DNA of 64,000 bases from an uncultured Planctomycetia bacterium (GCA_964634935.1 CAZWJT010000005.1:7128-71127), one strand, 5' to 3'; shown: positions 1 to 9,831, counted from the stretch's first letter. Numbers and translations are program-made. Notes: generated by a model from the letters alone, not told the origin.

Positions 1-214
1 TGCGGATATAAGAAATAATCTGCGTCTTGTCGTTGTCTTGCAATAACTTATAAAATTGCGAATAAGGGATTTTTTCAGGAGGAGCGAAAGAACTGCTAAA
101 TGTCCCAACTAAATTAGCGATAATTACCGCAAGGATCAACCAAAAGAATATTGACCGTAAAAATTGGTAATTTGGAGGTACAGGGTTGTTCGGTTTGTTT
201 GGGTTTGGCTCCAT
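1..214 (-). CDS. ftsH: ATP-dependent zinc metalloprotease FtsH, N-terminal fragment; the rest of the gene lies outside the window. Not in the ORF track because there is no in-window stop.
   Basis: Manual minus-strand translation from the ATG at 214..212 gives MEPNPNKPNNPVPPNYQFLRSIFFWLILAVIIANLVGTFSSSFAPPEKIPYSQFYKLLQDNDKTQIISYIR. This is a TM helix followed by the ISYSxF...V..I motif characteristic of the FtsH N-terminus. The frame stays open to position 1. Confidence 0.6.
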   Translation of the reverse strand, partial: MEPNPNKPNNPVPPNYQFLRSIFFWLILAVIIANLVGTFSSSFAPPEKIPYSQFYKLLQDNDKTQIISYIR

Positions 215-298
215 AGTGCATTTATTATAATCGAACGCCCAACGAAATCAAGAAAAAGCTTTTTCATATTGGCGCTTGGCGTTTCCTGCATCTGTGGC

Positions 299-1420
299 CT
301 AAAAACCAGCGTTTTCCCGGTATCGCCCGCAATTCTTTTCCCACAGAGAACGCACTGCACTAAAAACGCTCTCAACCGATATTCCCTGAAGACATTGAAA
401 TTGGCTGCTACATTCAGCGACCTTGAATTTACGATAACAAGGTCGGCAAGGCAAGTCATTGGTAAGAACCCGATGATTGGGTTTGAGCGGATATAAACCA
501 TAAACTTTTTCGCTCACAGGACCAAAGAAAGTTATGATATCCTTTCCAAGGGCATTCGCGATATGCAATGGCCCAGTATCGTTGGATATGATAAACGCAC
601 TCTTTGCCACAAGAGAAGCAAGTTGGGTAATCGAAGTATCCGTTGCCTTGATAACGGCATTATCCCGGGCAGCAAGCTTACAGATGCCCGTAATCTCGTC
701 CTCTTCTTTCTTCCCGGCAAGTAAGATTATTTTTACGCCAAACACATCAACGAGCATTCTTATCAACTGTGCGAAGTTTTCTTTTGGCCACCGCCGCATT
801 GCTGCACGATTCCCAAAACTCTCACCCCCGCAGGGAATCATGCCAATAACTACTTTACCGGTAAGATGATGCCACAACCAAAAACCATCTGCGAAATCTC
901 GGTCATCTTGGGACAGAAACAACTCGAGTTCTCTGGAAACAACCGATATATTGAACAGGCGCAATACGTCCAAATAATATTCAACGACGTGCTTCTCTAA
1001 AAACCCTTCTATGGGTATCTTGTGGGTTAAGAATCTTCCGCGGTTCTTATAATCCAGCCCGATTCTCTTTTTGATTCCAGAATACCACGCAAAAAATCCG
1101 TATTGGCTATTGAGTGAAAGATCAAAAGAAACTTGAATCTTTTCTCTTCGTATTTCATTGAAAAAATCATTCATCGCGCGGAGCCACAGAAAATATGATT
1201 TCTTCTTTACAGCTTCAAATGCATCCCGCTCGTAGACAAAAATCTTGTGAAGCAATGGATGATTTCTGATAATGGGTTCGGCTCGCTTGTTACACAGATA
1301 ATAGATTTTACTTTTAGGATATGCCTGGTGGAGTGAACGCAGGAGTGGAGTGGAAAAAAGAACATCCCCTATACCAAATGGATTAATAATACAGAATCTC
1401 TCTGCGGCGCAGCCATTCAT
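299..1420 (-). CDS. Glycosyltransferase family 9 (ADP-heptose:LPS heptosyltransferase-like)
   Basis: 373 aa. The N-terminal FGIGDVLFSTPLLRSLHQAYPKSKI and C-terminal GNDTGPLHIA-like segments resemble RfaF/WaaC-type GT9 enzymes. It is followed by other LPS/sugar-nucleotide genes. Confidence 0.8.
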   Translation of the reverse strand: MNGCAAERFCIINPFGIGDVLFSTPLLRSLHQAYPKSKIYYLCNKRAEPIIRNHPLLHKIFVYERDAFEAVKKKSYFLWLRAMNDFFNEIRREKIQVSFDLSLNSQYGFFAWYSGIKKRIGLDYKNRGRFLTHKIPIEGFLEKHVVEYYLDVLRLFNISVVSRELELFLSQDDRDFADGFWLWHHLTGKVVIGMIPCGGESFGNRAAMRRWPKENFAQLIRMLVDVFGVKIILLAGKKEEDEITGICKLAARDNAVIKATDTSITQLASLVAKSAFIISNDTGPLHIANALGKDIITFFGPVSEKVYGLYPLKPNHRVLTNDLPCRPCYRKFKVAECSSQFQCLQGISVESVFSAVRSLWEKNCGRYRENAGF

Positions 1421-1887
1421 GAACGAGAATCTTTTCTCTGGATATATTCTTTCAAAAGGTGATCAATTAAATCAATGAAATCGTTCCTCTTTTGATTCGT
1501 AATATCAATCTTCCTTTTTATAGACCCGACAAAAGCAAGGCCTTTGTCTTCACGCCGGGCCTCATCTTCAAGATGCCAAAGTTTGATATTTTGCTCGGCC
1601 AAGCCTTCGATAGCTTGCGCGAGAGACTTGATGTTTCCAGTCTTCCCCATTACCTCAGGTTTATTGTAGAGTTTCAACTTCTCATCGGTCAATGAAACTT
1701 TTCCTGCCAACGCAAGTTTAAGAAAAACATCGATCTCATCTCCCAGCGCTGCCTTTTGCTTTTTCAGTATCGAGAGTTTCCGCGCTGGTTCCTTTTCCCT
1801 GGATGACGCGCGGCGTTCTCGAAGATGAAATTCCCGCAACGCTTTTATCGTGAGCTTGTCGATTAAACTGCCTAAAGTTTCTGCCAT
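1417..1887 (-). CDS. Hypothetical protein, possibly the DUF4254 family that often accompanies heptosyltransferases
   Basis: The ORF runs 1417..1944. The preferred start is the internal ATG at 1887..1885 (MAETLGSL...), which removes the 53-nt overlap with manC. The protein is a helical, charged small protein with an NIKLWHLEDEARR segment. The family assignment is from memory only. Confidence 0.4.
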   Translation of the reverse strand: MAETLGSLIDKLTIKALREFHLRERRASSREKEPARKLSILKKQKAALGDEIDVFLKLALAGKVSLTDEKLKLYNKPEVMGKTGNIKSLAQAIEGLAEQNIKLWHLEDEARREDKGLAFVGSIKRKIDITNQKRNDFIDLIDHLLKEYIQRKDSRS

Positions 1888-1891
1888 CCGA

Positions 1892-3292
1892 TTAGAAGGT
1901 AGCGGGGTGGTATTTTTCAAACCGCTGGATATCGTCTTCCCCAAGATAACTCCCGATCTGGACTTCGATAATCTTCAGAAGCTCATCTTGAGGATTGAAA
2001 ATTTTATGCTTTGTTTTCTTGGGAACAAAAATACCTTGATTCTTCCTGACAATATTCTTCTTTCCGCCAATGGTCACTTCAGCTATTCCTTGCACTACAT
2101 TCCAATGTTCACTCCGAAAATGATGCTTTTGCAGAGAAAGAGCCTTGCGCGGGTACACGCCAATCTCTTTAACCTTATAGTTGGGTTTTTCTTTTAAAAC
2201 CGTATAGTAACCCCAAGGTCGGTAAACCGTTGGGCCATCTTGACAATACGGAAGATGCTTTTCTTTAATTTCACGGAAAAGAGTATTTACCTGGTCTGAA
2301 CATTCTTTCTTCAAAACCAAAACAGAGTCTGCTCCATCAACAACAATCACATCATCAAGCCCGATAACCGCGATCAGTTTATCGGCCGAGAAAGAAAAAC
2401 ATTTCTTGCTGTTGAGAAAAACTGCTTTTCCCAAAGAAAAATTTTCACCTCGTGGAGCAAAAAAAGCCGAAAAACTCTCCCAGCTCCCCAAATCAGACCA
2501 GCGAGCAAGAAACTTGACAAGCCCAATCTTCTTTGACGGCTGCATAAGTCCATAATCAATAGAGATATTTGGAAGCTTGGGAAAACGCTGAATCAGAAAA
2601 CTGAAGCTTCCTGAAATGGCTGCGTACATCTGCGGTTGATAGCGAGCAAGTTCGCCGAGAAAAACATCTTTCCGGAAACAAAAAATTCCTGAGTTCCAAA
2701 AAGCACCATTCTTGATTAACTTTCCCGCCTTGGAAACATTAGGTTTTTCAATAAACTTTTCAACCAGATAACCTTCCTGGTATTTTTTCTGAGGCATCAC
2801 GTAACCAAAGCCTTCTTTCGGGTATGAAGGAACAATACCAAAAGTAACGAGCATTCCTCTTTGAGCCATCGCACAGGCAGTACTTAACGATTGGATAAAT
2901 CTCTTTTGGGGCTCAATGAAATGATCCGAAGGAAAAACAAAAATAACTTCTTGAGCAGATTTTCCTTCTTCTTTTTTCAATCCCAAAAGAATCGCCGGAA
3001 GAGTGCTCCGGGGACAAGACTCGATAATAAGGTTTTGCTTGAGTATGCGCTTTTGCTGACAAGAAATACCCCCCATAGCATCGATCTGGTTCCAAACGCT
3101 GAAAGTATAACTTTCACCTGCAACAATATAAATCTCCTGGCAGGAAAAATATCCCAAAAGCCTCAGAATCGTCAGTTGAAAAAGCGACTTCCCCTGAAAA
3201 ATACCAACAAACTGCTTGGGATGATTCTCGCGCGATAAAGGCCAAAGCCTGGTACCTTTCCCTCCCGCAAGAATAATCGCCCTTTTTTTCAT
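1892..3292 (-). CDS. manC: Mannose-1-phosphate guanylyltransferase / mannose-6-phosphate isomerase (bifunctional ManC/CpsB type)
   Basis: 466 aa. The N-terminal MKKRAIILAGGKGTRLWPLS is the nucleotidyltransferase G-loop. The C-terminal WGYYTVL...EVQIG portion is a cupin isomerase domain. Confidence 0.85.
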   Translation of the reverse strand: MKKRAIILAGGKGTRLWPLSRENHPKQFVGIFQGKSLFQLTILRLLGYFSCQEIYIVAGESYTFSVWNQIDAMGGISCQQKRILKQNLIIESCPRSTLPAILLGLKKEEGKSAQEVIFVFPSDHFIEPQKRFIQSLSTACAMAQRGMLVTFGIVPSYPKEGFGYVMPQKKYQEGYLVEKFIEKPNVSKAGKLIKNGAFWNSGIFCFRKDVFLGELARYQPQMYAAISGSFSFLIQRFPKLPNISIDYGLMQPSKKIGLVKFLARWSDLGSWESFSAFFAPRGENFSLGKAVFLNSKKCFSFSADKLIAVIGLDDVIVVDGADSVLVLKKECSDQVNTLFREIKEKHLPYCQDGPTVYRPWGYYTVLKEKPNYKVKEIGVYPRKALSLQKHHFRSEHWNVVQGIAEVTIGGKKNIVRKNQGIFVPKKTKHKIFNPQDELLKIIEVQIGSYLGEDDIQRFEKYHPATF

Positions 3293-4101
3293 AAATGGTT
3301 CGTTTCTTTATTTATATAACGCAGGGTACGATACTTGGCATAACTGATTAATTGATAGAGCGATGAATAATACGCAATCATGAAACCAACAAAACCATCA
3401 CGCCAACCTTGCTTCACAAAAAACTGACGAATAAAACGATCAAACGTCCTCCAGAGCGCGTGTGGAAAATTCATCTTGCGCTGTGCTCTCTTTGGATCTT
3501 TTTTCGAAAGTTTATACCACTTCAAAGCCTCTAGGTTAGTTTGCCGGTTGGTTTTGTGCAAGAAATCTTCCCACCCCCGGTAGCTATAATGGACCATATC
3601 AGACTTCAAGTGCCCGCAACTTCCCTCTACGATGACTGGGGCATGCACTTCAACTTCTTCATAACGAAACTTTCCTCTCTGAAAAAGCTTCACCTTCGGT
3701 GCAGGATACCACCCTCCCCAGCGTATCCAATAATCGGCGATATAAGTCTTAAACGGTATGGAGAAATGGGTGTGAGGAGTTGTTGGGATCACCTCTTTAA
3801 TCTCTCGCTTTAACTCTTCAGTAAGACGCTCGTCAGCATCCAGACTTAAAATCCAATCACCAGTGGCTTGAGCATAAGCCCAGTTACGATGAGCCCCTTG
3901 CACATCCATCTTTCTTTGAAATACCTTCTGAGTGTACTTTCGAGCGATCTCTACAGTCTTATCGGAACTCATGTCATCAACAATAACTATTTCATCGGCC
4001 CAACCGGATATTGACTGAAGGCAATCATCAATCCTTGTTTCTTCGTTCTTCACTACTAACACTACCGAGAGCGTAGGATTATGCTGACGGACATTTACCA
4101 T
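3289..4101 (-). CDS. Glycosyltransferase family 2 (LPS core/surface glycan)
   Basis: 270 aa. The SVVLVVKNEE...EIVIVDDMSSDKT...SLDADE motifs match GT2 (DxD). The start makes an ATGA-type 4-nt overlap with manC. Confidence 0.75.
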   Translation of the reverse strand: MVNVRQHNPTLSVVLVVKNEETRIDDCLQSISGWADEIVIVDDMSSDKTVEIARKYTQKVFQRKMDVQGAHRNWAYAQATGDWILSLDADERLTEELKREIKEVIPTTPHTHFSIPFKTYIADYWIRWGGWYPAPKVKLFQRGKFRYEEVEVHAPVIVEGSCGHLKSDMVHYSYRGWEDFLHKTNRQTNLEALKWYKLSKKDPKRAQRKMNFPHALWRTFDRFIRQFFVKQGWRDGFVGFMIAYYSSLYQLISYAKYRTLRYINKETNHL

Positions 4102-4153
4102 AGAACATCTCCCTGTTGCACATTGTGGTTATGGCTTTCCCCATAGAGCAGAA

Positions 4154-4642
4154 TCATTTTACTGTTTGTAATTCAAAATACAAGTGTTCTGCTGGCAATA
4201 GAAAAGCCCAAAAGCGTTCGTAGCCGCGCGGAAAAAGATTTGCGAGCCGGTGAATACCGTACCGGCGAAAGGCCCGATGGAATGTAATGGATTTTGCTGA
4301 AATCTTAAAACCGCACTGCGGTGCAAGAACATCAAAAGAAAAAATCGAAAAAGCTCGTCTATGGGTTGGGTCTGCATAGGAAAGATAACAAGAAAAATGG
4401 GGCACCTGAATGATAATCTTTGCTCCGGCCTTAGAAATCCTGTGAATTTCTTCAAGGACCGTGGCCACGGAAGCAAGATGCTCAAAGACTTGTTTCGACA
4501 CTACGCTATCAAAGGTATTCTCCTGAAAAGGATAAAATTTCCGGTTCAGATCACAAATTATGTCTGCCTGAGAGGCACGGTTCAGGTCAATACCCAAAGC
4601 GCCTTTTGTTTTACTGTTTCCGCAACCAAGATCAAGAATCAT
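4154..4642 (-). CDS. Class I SAM-dependent methyltransferase (short form)
   Basis: 162 aa. MILDLGCGNSKTKG is motif I (LDLGCG), and FDSVVSKQVFEHL resembles Methyltransf_11. Confidence 0.65.
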   Translation of the reverse strand: MILDLGCGNSKTKGALGIDLNRASQADIICDLNRKFYPFQENTFDSVVSKQVFEHLASVATVLEEIHRISKAGAKIIIQVPHFSCYLSYADPTHRRAFSIFSFDVLAPQCGFKISAKSITFHRAFRRYGIHRLANLFPRGYERFWAFLLPAEHLYFELQTVK

Positions 4643-4663
4643 ATCATCACTCCTGTTTTCCTG

Positions 4664-5791
4664 CTATCGCTGTCCCATTAAACCATATGTACGCAAGGTC
4701 CGGCACGCTGCATGAGTAAAATCATGCGACGACTCATGAGCAGACCATTCAGTGAGCTTCCGTAACCCTTCAGGAAGCGGAACCCGCGGTGCAAAACCAA
4801 GCTTCTGAGTAATCTTGCCGATATCAGCACAACAGTGCCGGATATCCCCCACACGAAATTCCCTCAGTATGCGGGGCGTGAAATTCTTTTGATAGAGTTG
4901 AATTATTCTTTCCGCGACATCCCGGATTGTCTGAGCTCTCCCTGTTCCCACATTCAGTGTTTCATAGTCCGCGGTTGACTTCTCCATTGCCAAGATGTTC
5001 GCGGTAACGATATCGCTAACGTAAATAAAATCGCGGGTTTGAAGTCCATCTTCAAAAATACATGGTTGCTTGCCAGCTTTTATCTGTGTTAAGAAAAGTG
5101 CAGTAACGCCGGTATAAGGGTTGCGAAGTGATTGTCGAGGACCGTAGATATTAAAATAACGCAACGCAACCGTGGGAATGCGGTAGGCCCGACCAACCGT
5201 CAGACAAAGCTGTTCCTGAAAAAGCTTTGTAATCGCATAGACGGATGTTGGGGCAGGCATTTTTTCTTCTTGGGTCGCAACAGGATCAAGTGTACGCCTG
5301 CAAGAAGGACAAAAAACCTCCCATTGGTTTTTGGCAAGCTGACGAAGGGAACGCACGGGAGGAGCTACAATGCCACAGTGCAAACACCGATAAGCTCCTT
5401 CTCCGTACACTGACATACTTGAAGCAACGATGAGTTTTCTGATTCTTTTGGAAGTACGCAGAAATATGTCGAGCAGAATTCCTGTCCCTGAAGCATTCTG
5501 AGATACATAACGATCGATCTCGTACATAGACTGCCCCACGCCGACCTGAGCAGCTTCATGAAAGACCACTTCGATATCCTGCAAAGATTTTTTTAATTTT
5601 CGCTGATCACGAAGATCCGCAAAAACATATTCAGCATCTTTATTCAAAAACGAGGGTGATTTTCTCCCATGTACCTGGGGCTCAAGCACGTCGTAAACCC
5701 GCACGCGATGGCCATCTTGGACTAAACGATCGACAAGATGCGAACCAACAAACCCGCAGCCACCTGTCACAAGTATTTTCTTTCCAGACAC
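4664..5791 (-). CDS. NAD-dependent epimerase/dehydratase (SDR extended family) with an inserted Cys4 zinc-ribbon-like segment
   Basis: 375 aa. ILVTGGCGFVGSHLV is the Rossmann GxxGxxG. SSMSVYG and YAITK supply the catalytic S and YxxxK. Between them lies CLHCG...(x19)...CPSC. Confidence 0.8.
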   Translation of the reverse strand: MSGKKILVTGGCGFVGSHLVDRLVQDGHRVRVYDVLEPQVHGRKSPSFLNKDAEYVFADLRDQRKLKKSLQDIEVVFHEAAQVGVGQSMYEIDRYVSQNASGTGILLDIFLRTSKRIRKLIVASSMSVYGEGAYRCLHCGIVAPPVRSLRQLAKNQWEVFCPSCRRTLDPVATQEEKMPAPTSVYAITKLFQEQLCLTVGRAYRIPTVALRYFNIYGPRQSLRNPYTGVTALFLTQIKAGKQPCIFEDGLQTRDFIYVSDIVTANILAMEKSTADYETLNVGTGRAQTIRDVAERIIQLYQKNFTPRILREFRVGDIRHCCADIGKITQKLGFAPRVPLPEGLRKLTEWSAHESSHDFTHAACRTLRTYGLMGQR

Positions 5792-5803
5792 TGGGAGTAA
5801 AAC

Positions 5804-6373
5804 TTACTGGAATCGGTATGAAAATCCTCCAAGGATTGTGTGGGTATTAATGCCGCCGTTACGATCGTCGATGCTGCAATTGGAAAGGTGCCGAAAACGG
5901 TATTCACAGTCAAAATACATACGGTCTTTAATCTTAAAAGACAAGCCTGCTCCGGCGGAATCAACAAAATTAAACTGAGTCCCCTGTTCATAGGTATGAA
6001 GGGTCATATAGGAAGGACCGGCGCCAAATTTGATATACGGAACCAGTTGCTCACTAAGTGGGAAACCGTACTTAAGAAGCAGATTGATGCCCGTCTCAAG
6101 GTTTTTCTCTGGTTCAAGTGCCGGGCTCAAAAAAGGCTCTACCTGAAATTCAAGAATTCCTTCGGTATGAATCCCGATTTTTTCTGCCAAAGGTTTTGCA
6201 TCGAAGCCAAAACTTACCATGAATGGAATTACCTCATAGTCATCCTGAGTTTTCAAATCTCCGGTCATATACCCGGAAAGGACGCCAACACTTGAAAGAC
6301 CTTCAGCGAACAGGTCGCCCGCTGCGCTGAAAAGAATTACTGCACACCACAAAAAAACAGATACTTGCTTCAT
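5804..6373 (-). CDS. PagL-like outer-membrane acyloxyacyl hydrolase (lipid A deacylase family)
   Basis: 189 aa. It has a signal peptide (MKQVSVFLWCAVILFSAAGDLFA). The C-terminal RFRHLSNCSIDDRNGGINTHTILGGFSYRF resembles the HxSN catalytic motif and C-terminal beta-strand of PagL. Confidence 0.55.
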   Translation of the reverse strand: MKQVSVFLWCAVILFSAAGDLFAEGLSSVGVLSGYMTGDLKTQDDYEVIPFMVSFGFDAKPLAEKIGIHTEGILEFQVEPFLSPALEPEKNLETGINLLLKYGFPLSEQLVPYIKFGAGPSYMTLHTYEQGTQFNFVDSAGAGLSFKIKDRMYFDCEYRFRHLSNCSIDDRNGGINTHTILGGFSYRFQ

Positions 6374-6471
6374 CTTTTTCTCCTTTTTTCAGAATAACTA
6401 CCTACTCAGAGAAAATTATACCAAAAAAATCACATTGCACAATACATATCAAAAACCAGAAAAAAGCAAAA

Positions 6472-7242
6472 TCAGCGTTCACTGCGTCGAGCAGCAGCCA
6501 GAAGACTGCGCGTATATTCTTCTTGAGGATGAGATAGAACTCCCGGAGTATTCCCTTTTTCAACAACCACCCCATCTTTCATAACCACAAGAGAATCACA
6601 CAAACAGCGCACAAGCCCAATATTATGCGAGATAAAAATAAGTGCGACACCAGAATCCGCATGGAGCCGGCTGAACATTTCAATGATTTTCTTGCTCACT
6701 AACACATCTAGGTGCGCAGTCGGTTCATCACAAATCAGCACACAAGGCTTTACCGATAATGCCCGGCCAATAGCAACACGCTGAGCTTGGCCACCACTCA
6801 ATTCATGAGGAAAGCGTTCCAATATGTCTTTTGAAAGCTCAACAACATCGAGTAACTGGTGGACCTCGCAAGAGGCTGCTTGAAAGGACATACCTTGACA
6901 ATAAAGGAATGGCTCAGCCAACAGATCCCGTATTCTCATTCTCGGATTAAGACTCAGATAGGGATTTTGGAAAACAATCTGGATATTTTTTCTTATCTCA
7001 GCAAGCGGCACACTAAAAACAACGCTACCGTTTGTAGGCTTCATAAGAACTGCGAGTATCCTCGCAAGGGTCGATTTTCCTGACCCGCTCTCGCCGACAA
7101 TCCCTATTGTTTCTCCAGGAAAAACATTCAAATCGACTCCCGATAAAGCAGTGACCCGCATGCGAACAATGCCTTTCTGAATTTCAAAAACCTTATGAAT
7201 GCCTTGCGCGCAAATCACTGGTTTATTCATAATCGGACACAC
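6472..7242 (-). CDS. ABC transporter ATP-binding protein (oligopeptide/dipeptide OppF/DppF type)
   Basis: Walker A GESGSGKST, signature LSGGQAQRVAIGRAL, Walker B LICDEPTAHLD. Confidence 0.85.
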   Translation of the reverse strand: MCPIMNKPVICAQGIHKVFEIQKGIVRMRVTALSGVDLNVFPGETIGIVGESGSGKSTLARILAVLMKPTNGSVVFSVPLAEIRKNIQIVFQNPYLSLNPRMRIRDLLAEPFLYCQGMSFQAASCEVHQLLDVVELSKDILERFPHELSGGQAQRVAIGRALSVKPCVLICDEPTAHLDVLVSKKIIEMFSRLHADSGVALIFISHNIGLVRCLCDSLVVMKDGVVVEKGNTPGVLSHPQEEYTRSLLAAARRSER

Positions 7243-8045
7243 GCCTCAATAAATTGGTTTGTATAAGCATGGTGCGTAGCGGTAAAAACTTCTTGCGCCG
7301 GGAATGTTTCCAAAATTTTATGACAACAGAGAATTGCCACCCGATTGCTGATATATTCGACAAGGGTCAAATCATGAGTTATGAATAAAATGCTGATATT
7401 TTTTTCGCGGTTTAATTTCTTCAAAATCTTCATGATTTCCATCTCGGTCGTTACATCCAAATGCGCAGTCGGCTCGTCCGCAATAAGTAACTTCGGCGAA
7501 AGGGCAAGAGCCTGAGCAATCATTACCCGCTGAGCTTGGCCGCCACTCAACTGATGAGGATAGCTATAAAATATCCTCTCAGGATCGTCGAAAGCCATCT
7601 CAGTAAACAGTTTTAATGTCGCAGATTTCGCTTCCGTCGAGGAATAAATACGGTGGAATAGAAAAACTTCGCTTATCTGATATCCAACACGAATCAAAGG
7701 ATTCAAGCTCGCCTGAGGCTGTTGGAATATATATCCTATTTGACGCCCCCGCATACGCTGAGCTTCTCTCGGCGCTGTCAACTCGTAGCTGACTCCTTGA
7801 TCGTAAAAAGTGATCGACCCAGAAATTCTAGCATTTCTTGACAGAAGACCGCAGATACTCAAAGTAGTCACTGTCTTCCCTGAGCCGCTTTCTCCGGCAA
7901 GAGAAAAAACCTCTCCTTTCTGGAGATCAAAATTTATCCCTTCGACAATCGGAACTGCTTTCTTATCGGCAATAAATTCAATGGTCAAATTCCGGACAGA
8001 AAGAAGTATATCCGTTTTGTTAGACACTTTCTCGCACTCCTTCAC
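7227..8045 (-). CDS. ABC transporter ATP-binding protein (OppD/DppD type)
   Basis: GESGSGKT, LSGGQAQRVMIAQAL, LIADEPTAHLD. The ORF-track N-terminus (8046..8177) is hydrophobic junk that overlaps the upstream permease. The preferred start is the GTG at 8045..8043 (VKECEKV...), which leaves a 26-nt overlap with the permease stop at 8020. Confidence 0.8.
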   Translation of the reverse strand: MKECEKVSNKTDILLSVRNLTIEFIADKKAVPIVEGINFDLQKGEVFSLAGESGSGKTVTTLSICGLLSRNARISGSITFYDQGVSYELTAPREAQRMRGRQIGYIFQQPQASLNPLIRVGYQISEVFLFHRIYSSTEAKSATLKLFTEMAFDDPERIFYSYPHQLSGGQAQRVMIAQALALSPKLLIADEPTAHLDVTTEMEIMKILKKLNREKNISILFITHDLTLVEYISNRVAILCCHKILETFPAQEVFTATHHAYTNQFIEACVRL

Positions 8046-8823
8046 CGATGAGATTAAAACCAAGCACAGTAAGCAAAATAGCTGTGCCTGGAAAAAAAGT
8101 AATCCACCAAGCAATACCCAAAGTAGACTTTGCCTCAGAAAGAATATTTCCCCAAGAAGGATCCGGCGGCTGAACACCTAAGCCTAAAAAGCTTAATGAT
8201 GACTCTAAAAGTATGGCCCCTGCTATACCAAGCGTCGCATTAACCAAAACCGAACCTACGGCATTTGGTATAAGATGAAAGCTGATGATTCTCCATTGTG
8301 GCAGCCCCAATGCCCGTGCTGCCAAAATAAAATCTTGCTCTTTCAACGATAAAATTTCAGCACGGATGAGTCGCGCTGAAGACATCCAACTCGTTAAACC
8401 GATAATAACCATGATCAGCTGGATTGAAGGTTTGCTGAAAGCAATCAAAGCAAGGATAAGAAAAAAAGAAGGAAAACAAAGCATGATATCAACGAAGCGC
8501 ATAATCACCTCATCAAGCCAGCCCCCAAAGTATCCGGCAAGCGCTCCAAAAATAACACCAAGAAAAATTGAAATCCCCACTGCTAAAAATCCTACAGAGA
8601 GTGAAACTCTCCCGCCGTACAACATCCGCGCGAAAAGATCTCTCCCTAAAGAATCCGTGCCGAATGGATGCTCCCAAGAAGGCGCCTGCAAAGCTTGTTC
8701 CACGGAAATGGCGCTATAGTCACAAGGAGTAAGGAAAAAAGCAAAAACACTGCAAAAAAGAATGGGAAAAATAATCCAACACCCTGCTTGCGTAAGCTTA
8801 TTTCTAAAAATAGCTTTAACCAT
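8020..8823 (-). CDS. ABC transporter permease (OppC/DppC type)
   Basis: 267 aa polytopic membrane protein. The SARLIRAEILSLKEQDFILAARALG segment matches the binding-protein-dependent transport EAA loop region. Confidence 0.85.
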   Translation of the reverse strand: MVKAIFRNKLTQAGCWIIFPILFCSVFAFFLTPCDYSAISVEQALQAPSWEHPFGTDSLGRDLFARMLYGGRVSLSVGFLAVGISIFLGVIFGALAGYFGGWLDEVIMRFVDIMLCFPSFFLILALIAFSKPSIQLIMVIIGLTSWMSSARLIRAEILSLKEQDFILAARALGLPQWRIISFHLIPNAVGSVLVNATLGIAGAILLESSLSFLGLGVQPPDPSWGNILSEAKSTLGIAWWITFFPGTAILLTVLGFNLIGEGVRESV

Positions 8824-9800
8824 TAGTTTTTCTTGATATAACGGATACGCGGATCAAGTAACATGTAGGAAATGTCCGCAAAAAAATTCCCCAGAAGAGT
8901 CAACAAGGCTCCCATGGTAAGTAACCCCATAATCAACGTGTAATCACGGGTCATAACTGCGTCATAAAAAAGCATACCCATTCCAGGAATGGAAAATATC
9001 GTCTCTAAAATAACGCTGCCACCGAGAAGTCCTGGCAAAGAAAGACCGAGAATAGTCACGACGGGAAGGCTGACTCCCCGGAGCACATGCTGGCGCAAGA
9101 TATAACTGTGCGATAGTCCTTTCGCGTAAGCAGTGCGTATATAGTCCGAATCCATGACCTCGACTGTCTTTGCCCGGGCGTACCGAGAAAGACCCGCCAG
9201 CGAACCAAACACAATAATTCCAATTGGAAGGACAAGGTGTCTGAAAAGATCTGCGATTTTTCCAAAAAGCGGTAAATTTTCAAAATCCAGCGAGTGTACC
9301 CCAGAGACAGCAAACCAACCAAGCCAAACTCCGAAAAACTGCATACATAAAAGCGCAAACCAAAATACTGGAAGTGCAAATCCAATGAATACAAAAATAG
9401 TTACCAAATGATCGAAAACACTCCCCTTATTTAAACCTGCCCATAAACCCAATGGAATTGAAATCAACAGAACCATGAATAAAGAAATTATATTGATACT
9501 GAGCGTTATCGGAAGACGCTCGGCTATCTTTGCTGAGACGCTTCTCCCGTCACTTAAAGAAACACCAAAGTTAAGACGCAAAATATTCTGGAACCATTGT
9601 GTGTATTGAGCGATGATCGGCTTATCTAAACCATAAATTCTCTTCATCTTCTCTTGAACTTCCAGGCTTACTTTCGGATTAAAAAGGGTAACACTCACAG
9701 GGCTACCCGGAGCAAGCCGAATAACAAAAAAAGTGATAACGGTAATTCCGATAAAAAGGATTGCCAGGGAAAAAACGCGGCGTATGAAAAAACTAAGCAT
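8823..9800 (-). CDS. ABC transporter permease (OppB/DppB type)
   Basis: The preferred start is the ATG at 9800..9798 (MLSFFIRRVFSLAIL...), the typical OppB N-terminus. The 62-codon ORF-track extension upstream was rejected. The EAA-like motif is YIRTAYAKGLS. Confidence 0.85.
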   Translation of the reverse strand: MLSFFIRRVFSLAILFIGITVITFFVIRLAPGSPVSVTLFNPKVSLEVQEKMKRIYGLDKPIIAQYTQWFQNILRLNFGVSLSDGRSVSAKIAERLPITLSINIISLFMVLLISIPLGLWAGLNKGSVFDHLVTIFVFIGFALPVFWFALLCMQFFGVWLGWFAVSGVHSLDFENLPLFGKIADLFRHLVLPIGIIVFGSLAGLSRYARAKTVEVMDSDYIRTAYAKGLSHSYILRQHVLRGVSLPVVTILGLSLPGLLGGSVILETIFSIPGMGMLFYDAVMTRDYTLIMGLLTMGALLTLLGNFFADISYMLLDPRIRYIKKN

Positions 9801-9831
9801 GGATAAATTAATCTTGTCTAAACCATTTGGG

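Noticed and set aside
136-501. Minus ORF of 121 aa and the plus ORF 164..496 spanning the ftsH start / heptosyltransferase end
   Set aside because: Both overlap the well-supported heptosyltransferase C-terminus (299..) and the FtsH N-terminus (..214). They have no motifs and a low-complexity composition. They are spurious antisense or overlap frames.
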